Source of the DNA: Octopus vulgaris | Taxonomy: Eukaryota | Assembly (NCBI GenBank): GCA_951406725.2 | Contig: OX597825.1 | Span: 74,028,001-74,092,000, forward strand | Direction of reading: 5' to 3' | DNA: 64,000 nt | Shown: piece by piece, positions 54,150-64,000 of the stretch | Layout: each line of letters begins with the position of its first letter | How positions within the stretch are numbered: the stretch's first letter is position 1 | The notes under the pieces: generated by a model | The model's database searches: none | Told to the model about the DNA's origin: nothing | What the model saw: the letters and a program-made list of their open reading frames with translations, nothing else | Translations under genes and position numbers: made by a program

Positions 54150-54832
54150 GAGAAAGAAAGAGAGCAGGAAAATGAAAGAAAGAAAGATAAAGAATGAGAA
54201 ATATATATACGTTAATTCACAGACATATTCTACGCAGGAGGTGATTAAAATAGAACTGGATACACGGAATTGGATAAGAAGACATTTGAACAGAAATAGG
54301 ACGAAGTAATCAAGGAATCAGACGGTGAATATCTTTTGATATTTTCGTTTCTATAGAAAGACCGTTACTTGAACTTATTTCTCAGGGTAACAAATTATAC
54401 ACTCTAAATACGAAATCTAAGACAAATTCTATTTAAAAATCACCAACAAAGATTTTCTTTCATAAATTTACTTTCCGAAAATATATATCTCCTTCTCAAA
54501 ACCAAAGAGCAGATTGCATTGGCAACTTAATAAAGGAAAGAATTACGGTGAGAATTTCGAAATAATCAATGTTAGTGGGAAATGAATAAAAAAAAATAAA
54601 GGTTAATTAAAAGAACTATCTGCCATTTGAACCCGAGTTCGATTTAACGCGAATTCTTCCTGCTGAAGTGAGATAAAAGACGCGTTATTGAAACAGCCAA
54701 CGTTGAAAAGTCAGCGTAAACCAATTCAACTTTATTTAGTTTGCATTCTACATCTAAAGGCTTTCTTTGGCGAATATTTTTATACGTATGTACAGACACG
54801 CATACAACCATATATATATATATATATATATA

Positions 54833-55060
54833 CGGCGAGCTGGCAGAAGCGTTAGCGCTCTGGGCGAAATGCTTAGCGGTATTTCGTCTGTCGTTACGTT
54901 CTGAGTTCAAATTCCGCCGAGGTCGACTTTGCCTTTCATCCTTTCGGGGTCGATAAATTAAGTACCAGTTACGCACTGGGGTTGATGTAATCAACTTAAT
55001 CCCTTTGTCTGTCCTTGTTTGTCCCTTCTATGTTTAGCCCCTTGTGGGCAGTAAAGAAAT
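54833..55060 (+). mobile_element. SINE family A in (TA)n
   Basis: Full-length match. Confidence 0.92.
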
Positions 55061-55547
55061 ATATATATATACGTTTAAATATTTGTTAAAGAAGAAAGCA
55101 AAGAACCACTGATGCGGTCACAGGAGAGTGACGAAAGAACTCTGGCCGAAATAAGATTAAGATTAATGTAAAAAATAAATAACACTGAAGCAAAATAACA
55201 CCAAATATATAGTGCGTGTGTTCTTATTGGTTAAACTGGCAAAATGACCATTCCGAAATATAACAATATATATATATATATATACATACATACATTTATA
55301 TAAGATTATAAAATTATATCCAGTAAAATTTCTTTGCTAGTTTATTTTGTCTCTCTGTCTACTATCCTAGTGCTATATGATCATCTAATGTGGCTTTAGG
55401 GTCAGGTTTTAACTGCTATTTCAGCATGGTGGTATCTCTCAGATACCCTAATTTATAATTTTAAATAATTATCGCCCTTGTAAGGTTTTTATTCCTATGC
55501 TGGCCAGTTGATGAGATCGAAATTTAAATATCGATCTTATCTTTATT

Positions 55548-55594
<47 letters not shown>

Positions 55595-55625
55595 CATAAT
55601 ATCTATATATATACATATGTATGCA

Positions 55626-55668
<43 letters not shown>

Positions 55669-56366
55669 ACACACATTATATTGTGTCTGGGGAGAATCAT
55701 TCTCTAAAAGTGAATGACTCTCCACAGATAAATCACATACAGCATCTTCTAAACCAAATACAAAACGATATATATTTACACACACGCACGCACACACGCA
55801 CACATACACACACACACACACACGCACACTGTTTAACGTTGTGATTTAATTAAATACCCAATTAGCAATGGGTATGCGGCGAAGAAAAGACAAGACAACA
55901 GTATCTTAATGACTTATATGTTTCAAGTATAATGTCTGCAAATACAAGAGACAACTCTGGAGATATTTCGGTGTTATGGCACCTTTCGAAAGAAATTGCC
56001 AAAGTAGTGAAGATAGAAGCTCTAAGTCCCCAGGACTGCATACGTGCGAGGGTGCGCATGTGTGTGAAACATTAATGGCTGTAAAATTCGGTATGTTACT
56101 TTTGCAGTGAACTGTAAAATTAAAATATCAGATTGATTTATTACAAAACGGTAAGTTTAGTGTTATATATCTCTTCAATAACGATTACTCGTGGCACTTT
56201 TTACATCGTTATGAAAGAAATTACGTATTATTTTTCAAACTTACTATATATCTCTCCTGTGTGTCGTGTGTGTTAACTGTAAAGTCATATATTCTTTGAT
56301 CTTTGTTTTATTTTACATTAAATGCAATATTGATAAAAGAAAATGTCTGTGCAGGCATATGCATAC

Positions 56367-56417
<51 letters not shown>

Positions 56418-56672
56418 TTATGTTTACTTATATACGCATACATATTCATGTATATTTATATATACGTATACTTAAATACATATACATATACATATATATA
56501 CATATATATGCTTCTATATATAAATATATACATATATATACTTATATATATATATACATATATATACTTATATATATATATACATATATATACTTATTAT
56601 ATATATATACATATATATACTTATATAAATACATATATATATATATATATATACATATAAATATATATATAA

Positions 56673-56709
<37 letters not shown>

Positions 56710-57029
56710 CATACATGCATATATTTTTGTGTGTATGTGTATGTGTGTGGGTAAATGCGTGTGTGTGGGCGTTTTTCCTATGATGTAAGTGACGTGATAA
56801 ATAAATGATAGTCCATAAAATATTTGAAAATAAATACCCGGAAGAAGGATAAAAAAAACGTACAGTTCAAATTCCCGATATTTTGTGAGCGATTGTATAT
56901 TTATAGATTCATTTGACTTTGAACTTCTTAAGATGACTTATTTTCAAATTTCTCAATGTTTCGGAGTAACGCTAACACACACGTTTATAACACACAAACA
57001 TATAGACGTATATATGCATACACATCACT

Positions 57030-57297
57030 GGTATTCTGTCATTGAGTTCAATTCCAGGCGCAGCGAGCTGTCCTTCAGCAAGTCTTTTTATTTCAAGTAG
57101 CTCCAGTTCACGCAGCTAGCAAAAATAAGAATCACGTGTATTTTAAAGGGCTAATCTTGTTACACTATGTGTCACGCTGAAGAACTAATTTCAGAGTACA
57201 CCCGTCTGTAGAGTGTATTTGTGCGTAAGCTTCACGAGCAGGCTGTTCTGTTGATCTGATCAACTGGCATCCTCATCGTCGTAACCGACGGATACCA
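57030..57297 (+). mobile_element. Decayed SINE with a family C tail
   Basis: TCACGAGCAGGCTGTTCTGTTGATC...CTCATCGTCGTAACCGACGGA. Confidence 0.7.
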
Positions 57298-57504
57298 TTT
57301 TCTTTTATATATAATCTATATGTTTATTTTTTTATTAGTTTACTAGTGGAGAACCAAAAGGCCAATGGAAGAGTTCTTCATAACGTATCTTATCAATCAT
57401 GGAACGAAGACAACGAAGGTTAATCAATTTGCTCGACTACACATTTTATGACCGTAATCCAGCATGGCCGCAATCTAATGACTGAAATTTATGAAAACAA
57501 TAAA

Positions 57505-57756
57505 GGATATGCATACATACATACACACACACAAATACACACAGAGAGACACACACAAACACACAGGCATATATATATATATACATACATACATACATAT
57601 ATACATACATATATATATATATATATACATATATACATACATACATACATATATATATATACATATATACATACATATATACATACATATATACATACAT
57701 ATATATATACATACATACATACATATATATATATACATACATATATACATACATAC

Positions 57757-57787
<31 letters not shown>

Positions 57788-58164
57788 CATGCATACATAT
57801 ATATATACATACATATATACATACATACATATATACATACATAATTATATACATATATATAAATACATACATATATAGATACATACATATATAGATACAG
57901 ACATATATACATACATACATATATACATACATATATATATATATAGATACATACATATATACATGCATACATATATACATACATATATACATACATACAT
58001 ATATATATACATACATATATATATATATATATATAGATACATACATATATAGATACATACATATATACATACATATATATATATATATACATACATATAT
58101 ATATATATATAGATACATACATATATAGATACATACATATATACATACATATATACATATATAC

Positions 58165-58195
<31 letters not shown>

Positions 58196-58282
58196 CATAC
58201 ATTCATATATATACATACATACATATATACATACATACATATATACATACATACATATATATAAACATACATATATATATAT

Positions 58283-58375
<93 letters not shown>
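57505..58375. repeat. (TACA)n/(TA)n compound microsatellite
   Basis: Direct inspection. Confidence 0.95.
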
Positions 58376-58859
58376 CGACAACAAATACAGACACATATAT
58401 GTGTATGTAGACAAAGGAAAAGAACATTCATGGTGTTTAAGTCTACATTATATTCTGAATTATGAAATACTTTATTGAAAAATAAATACACAAATACTCA
58501 AGCATCAAGTTATTCGATAATGATTATCGCAAATGTCTGTTACTGCAGCAGAAGAGAGGAAACAGAACGACTCTAGTTTACTTTGTCATTACGTAACTCT
58601 ATTGGTAATGGTTATTTAATATATCCGGGTCTTCTTTTTTCTTTTCCTCTAATATCTTCATTAATGTATTTCTCAAATGTGTAAACAACATAAAAATCAA
58701 GTTATGCTTTTGACGTAGCATAAATATTAAAAAAGGAAGGCAAACAAATAGAATAATGCATTAATAGAATTTCACATGGCTCTCCGCCATAGAGGTTCTT
58801 ATTCGTTATGCCAAAAATAGAGCATTGCCACAATTGCAACCAGCAATAATAATAGTAAT

Positions 58860-59066
58860 AGTTTCTAGGTACAAGGTGTGAAATTTTGCGGGAATGGAAT
58901 CGTCGAATACATCGAGCATAGTGCACAATTGGTACTTATTTTATCGACCACGAAAGGTTGAAAAGCAAAGACAGTCTCGGAAGAAATTGAACTCAGAACA
59001 TAAAGACAGACGAAGTGCTGCGAAGCATTTTGCCCGACGGGCTACAGATTCTGTCAGTTCAGCGCT
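58860..59066 (-). mobile_element. Decayed family-A-related SINE
   Basis: TGGTACTTATTTTATCGACC.CGAAAGG.TGAAAAGCAAAG...GAACTCAGAAC. Confidence 0.75.
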
Positions 59067-59112
59067 CTAATAATGATGATGATGATGGTGATGCTTAATA
59101 ATAATAATGATG

Positions 59113-59146
<34 letters not shown>

Positions 59147-59169
59147 TAATAATGATGATAATAATAATG

Positions 59170-59227
<58 letters not shown>

Positions 59228-59253
59228 TAATAATAATAATAATAATAATAATG

Positions 59254-59303
<50 letters not shown>

Positions 59304-59306
<3 letters not shown>

Positions 59307-59512
59307 CCTTATTCAGGGACCTTTTGAGTGAGATGGCCTACTCAACATGAAGAAAAGTCCAGCTGGGCCTCGCCTTGATATGAGATCAACATATCACGCA
59401 CATATGGTTGTGATGCATGTACCCTTATTAGACAGGTAATCATGATTGGTATACTGGGCTACGTATATTTTACCCCAGTGTCACTTTGATGGCATGCACT
59501 GCTCTCTCACAC
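59304..59512 (+). mobile_element. 5'-truncated copy of the (AAT)n-inserted LINE tail
   Basis: Matches ~35530-35771 with internal deletions; long (AAT)n on both sides. Confidence 0.8.
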
Positions 59513-59639
<127 letters not shown>

Positions 59640-60337
59640 TTAATAATAATAAGCTAATAACAACTGAGCTAATAACTGCTATGGTTAGGGTTAGGGTTAG
59701 CGATCTCTGTCTCAAAATCGGATTCTGTCTCTATTTTGCAATTAGTAACCCTTCTCTGCAACCGTCACTCTTTACCACTCTCTCTTGCTAGCCACTTTAT
59801 TCTCTCTCTCTCTCCAGATTTTCTGCTTGTTCCTTCCTTTCGCAGTAATGTTATAACCATCACGGCAGCATTTTATGCACATTTTATTGCATAAAATAAT
59901 TGATAACGACTCAAAGTCTTGCCGTTTATTACACGAACAACAAATATTTACACATCATTACTACAATATTTACAACATTACTAGTTCTTGTCATATTTCT
60001 ACATTATCCCATCCGGCTTTCATTCTCTTATTCCAACATCTTTTCCGATGATATTGTCCTATTTTATTTGTTGTTTTAATTCTCAACAAGATGTCGTCAT
60101 GGTGGATTTCGAAGCAGCTAAAGCCAGAAATAGTAATATGTAAACATTGTGTTAAAAACCCTTCGGATAGGAAAAGCTCGTAGGACTCAAACGCTGTACT
60201 ACTGGACAAAATTAATCTTTCAAATTTCTCCATCGATTTTAGAAATTCGAAAGATTCCTGTACTACATCTACACACTATTATTTATAGCACTGTCTGCTC
60301 CGAAATCCACGGCTCCAAGACAGAATTATATTATATA

Positions 60338-60368
<31 letters not shown>

Positions 60369-60540
60369 TGGAAGGTTTGGAGATGATGTACAGGTATTAT
60401 ATATTAGAAGAAATGAGGTAATCAGATCGGATGGTTCATATTTATAGATATTTATTTATATATTACATTTTTTTACATATATATATCATATCATTCAGAT
60501 CATATCATTCGGATTATTAGCGCTTTAGTGTATATATATA

Positions 60541-60695
60541 GTTGAAATTTACAGAAAAACAAAGGACAAAGTCAGCTGTATGAGCAACAAGAAGGTGTAT
60601 TAGTTTGACGCTCGGGTAAGTGAGAAAGTCTTTTTTGTTTCGAGCCTACGCTCTGCAGCAGAAAGGGTTAAGAGAAAATAAACAGAGAGAGAATA
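60541..60695 (-). mobile_element. PLE 3' module with decayed hammerhead
   Basis: Minus strand CUUU-CUGCUGC-A-GAGC(GUAG)GCUC-GAAA-CAAA-AAAG at 60629-60666. Confidence 0.7.
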
Positions 60696-60699
60696 TATA

Positions 60700-61000
60700 C
60701 GCAGTTGTTCCAAATGACACAAAGTTCATTCCAACAGACAAGCTAATATGCCATATTTGTAGTAAGACAGGTAAGTCCAGCGCTGGTCTAAGATGGCATT
60801 TTAATATCCTCAAATTGTATAAGACAAAGAAAAATGTGCCACTTGAAGTGAGCCATATTTGCACTGTGCCACTTGAAGTGAGCCATATTTGCACTGAAAA
60901 TTGAAGCAAATCTTGGAACTCAAAAGCAACTTACGTGGTCATGCGCGGATAAAATATATCTAACAAGAAGCGGTCAAGCTCTGAATAAGAGAAAACTACT
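60700..61000 (+). pseudogene. RTE-like LINE 3' end with zinc-finger remnants and a 30-bp internal duplication
   Basis: LICHICSKTGKSSAGLRWH; TGTGCCACTTGAAGTGAGCCATATTTGCAC occurs twice. Confidence 0.55.
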
Positions 61001-61676
61001 TCTATATCTCTATTCAGGTATGTATACACACACACACACACACTCACACACACACATACATACACACAAATACACACACACACGACTCTTCATTAGCATA
61101 TACACTCATGTTCCTCTTTCGTTCAAAGTTATGCTGTCGGCACATTATCAGTTAATTTGTAGATTGTCAAACGCAGGTCAGTCAACGTAAGTTAGTGTCA
61201 ATAATTTTTATCTATCAATTCCCATGTCCCAGGCAATTTAACATGGACCTCTACGGCCCATGAACAAGTAAATGTCAAATGCCAACCAGTAAAATCCTTC
61301 GCGTCATTCCGATCGATAGAGGTTATTAATATTCTTGTCATTGTGAAGTCCCATTAATATCAGAATATCAGCCACTTCAGATAACGCAGGGAAAATAACC
61401 GCAAAAAAAAAAAAAATACTAAATAAATGTTAACTAGTTTCTTTTTAGATTTTAATTAATCAATAAATGACGACATATTATGTGAGTGAAGCAAGAGAAA
61501 AATAATGTTTGTTTTATTTTATTGTATTTTAGTTTTTCATCTAATTTTTGTCTGTTTTTGTTTGCAATGAACATGTAGAAATAATATGGCGGTTGAAGAG
61601 AAAAATCAGGGAAAGGAAAAGAGCAGCCAAGAACTTGGAATGCGACACACATAAACGAAACACACACATACACACA

Positions 61677-61717
<41 letters not shown>

Positions 61718-62011
61718 ACACACACACAAATAAATAAATAAATAATTAAATAAATAAATAAATAAATAAATAAAGTAGGAGTAAAGTTATACGTTAATGT
61801 GGAAAATAAATTTGTTTATGGTCCGCAAGATTAGGTAATTGAGAATGTTGATGCCTCTCAGCGGCACTGCCATTTTGTGGCATCGTTGTGAAGGGGCAGC
61901 AGACGCAGCACCTGCGGCAGCAAGAATAACAACAGCAACAATAAACAAAAAATAAAACAAGACTGGATGCAACCAAATCCAAATTCACTTTTACCGTTAA
62001 TGTAACAGTGC

Positions 62012-62100
<89 letters not shown>

Positions 62101-62147
62101 TGATAATAATAATAATAATACTGTCTTTATTGGCCACAAGGGCTAAG

Positions 62148-62462
62148 GATTATCAGGAGGGTTCTAAGACTGCTGAAAATTTGTGGATTCCTAAGGCTAT
62201 AGGTAATAACTCGCTCTCCACATGAATCCTATCAAGAATAAGACCGAACCTGAACCAAACCAAAGTAACAACATCAACAAGAACATCATCATCATCATTA
62301 CAAGCAGCAGCAACAATAACAACAACAATAAGGATTTTCAGGAGGGTTCTAAGCACTTGAAAGACTGTTGAAAACTTGTGGATACCTAAGGTTATAGGTA
62401 ATAACCCGCTACCCATGTAAATCTCACCAGGAATAAGACCGAACCTGAGCCAAACCAAAATA
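62148..62462 (+). mobile_element. Two tandem 3' ends of a restriction-like-endonuclease (R4/NeSL-like) LINE in (AAC/AAT)n
   Basis: Two ~130-bp units starting CAGGAGGGTTCTAAG; the second reads RIFRRVLST*, like the ILR.VL* C-terminus of this group. Each ends in AAC repeats. Confidence 0.55.
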
Positions 62463-62479
62463 ACAACAACAACAACAAC

Positions 62480-62551
<72 letters not shown>

Positions 62552-62575
62552 GAAGAAGAAGAAGAAGAAGAAGAA

Positions 62576-63100
62576 ATGCCATGATGCAAAACCAGGCAGT
62601 GGCCCTCATGGCTTTTGATCTTAACATGATTTTTCTTGGTATAAGATGGGTTACAGCAAATATCCTGCTCAATACCACATATTTGTTTGTCATTTGCTTG
62701 ACCTTTACCCCTATGTCCCTTAGTAGCTGACGATATGTGCATCTCTGATCACGAGCAGGCGTAGTGGGAGAGCATCATTGCGATGTATTGAGAGGAATTC
62801 TTTGGAGTTTAAATAATTAATCCCTGGAATCATTGGTGTTTCATTCACCATTCTTAAACTACCTTCAGGTACCTTTTGAACTGAGTGGGCCATTCGACCT
62901 GAAGAAATATCTAACTGGGCTCCACCTGGAAGGTCATGCACTATTTATCGTGATATGAAATCCCCATGTCACACACATATGGTTGTGTTATATGTGCTGG
63001 GTTTACCATTATCAGATAGAATAAGCATGATGGGTATATTGGGTTTCAGATACTTGTACTCCAGCGTCACTTTGATGGCATGCAGTGCTCTTTCACTCAA
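62576..63100 (+). mobile_element. Older copy of the (AAT)n-inserted LINE tail
   Basis: Colinear with 35213-35771, with many substitutions. Confidence 0.8.
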
Positions 63101-63602
63101 TCACAACAACAGCAACAACGACGACAATAATAATAATAATTTCTTTATTAGACACGAGGACAAACCTAAGTGCACATAAACTAAGGAATGTACAAGCATC
63201 CACTCCTTTCGAAAGAGAAGCGCTACGCAATCAACCACGGAGGTTCTGCATCGCCACTCGCCCTGTAACCAACCAGAGAAGTTCTACATGATTATTTGCA
63301 CTGCAACCAAATATTTCTCAGATCATAACCGGCCGCCTAAAGGAAAACAAAAACACAGAACAGGTTGGAGTGGCAGTTTATATTCTTAAAGAATGTAATG
63401 GTTACGGCTGGAAAGCCTAACATCATTCGTCTGATGAACCATGTCTAACCTATGTCGAAGCAAACGGAACAACAACAACAATAACAGCAACAAAATCAAC
63501 AGCAATAAGAACGTGGAGCAATATCTGCAGTATGAGAATCTCTGCAATTCTCAAGAATCGAAAACGGGTCAGAAAGTTTGAAAACGTTGCAACTTATATA
63601 TA

Positions 63603-63813
63603 TATTTCTTACTACCCACAAGGGGCTAAACACAGAGGGGACAAACAAGGACAGACAAACGGATTAAGTCGATTACATCGATCCCAGTGCGTAACTGGTA
63701 CTTAATTTATCGACCTCGAAAGGATGAAAGGCAAAGTCGACCTCGACGGAATTTGAACTCAGAACGTAACGGCAGACGAAATACGGCTAACGTTTCTGCC
63801 AGCTCGCCGCCTT
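63603..63813 (-). mobile_element. SINE family A with a short internal deletion
   Basis: Family A match; AACTTATATATAT occurs on both sides. Confidence 0.9.
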
Positions 63814-64000
63814 TCAACTTATATATATGTTATTTACACACAACAATGGTGGACGAGATTCAGAATGAACGACTAATAACGACGTGTAAAATAGAAATTG
63901 CTTGTTTGAAACACAAAAAGGACAAATATCGTCCTGTTAATTAAGCTTAATAACCACGAACTAATTAAATTATCGTAAAATGCTGAAATCAATAATTAGT

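Noticed and set aside
55400-55530. Hammerhead-like words (TTGATGAGATCGAAA; minus-strand AGCAT...ATGCT-GAAA)
   Set aside because: The core has several mismatches and stem I does not pair.
59682-59700. Interstitial telomere repeat GGTTAGGGTTAGGGTTAG
   Set aside because: Only about three units; too short to indicate a telomere or fusion site.

Overview
AT-rich eukaryotic DNA made up almost entirely of microsatellites and transposon debris, with one 100-N gap (17460-17559). The SINE families and repeat mix strongly suggest an octopus genome (inference). No intact protein-coding gene is visible, and nearly all listed ORFs are translated microsatellites. Recognisable elements: many copies of three tRNA-derived SINE families; a Penelope-like element (PLE) GIY-YIG endonuclease 3' end; decayed CR1-, RTE-, Tx1/L1- and R4/Dong-type LINE pieces; a full-length decayed DD37E (TRT-like) Tc1 element; several mariner/Tc1 remnants; and Helitron fragments. 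The main find is a set of PLE 3' modules inserted in (TA)n tracts that carry minimal hammerhead-ribozyme folds with a recurrent non-canonical core (A6 replaced, extra base after A9, loopless palindromic stem III). There is also one canonical-core hammerhead with a ~100-nt stem II, and several fold-back hairpins. Other points of interest: a SINE sharing its 3' tail with a Tx1/L1-like LINE, SINE head-to-tail dimers under one target-site duplication (TSD), local templated inverted duplications, an old ~100-bp tandem array, and one candidate first coding exon. Coordinates were read by eye and the ends of decayed elements are approximate.
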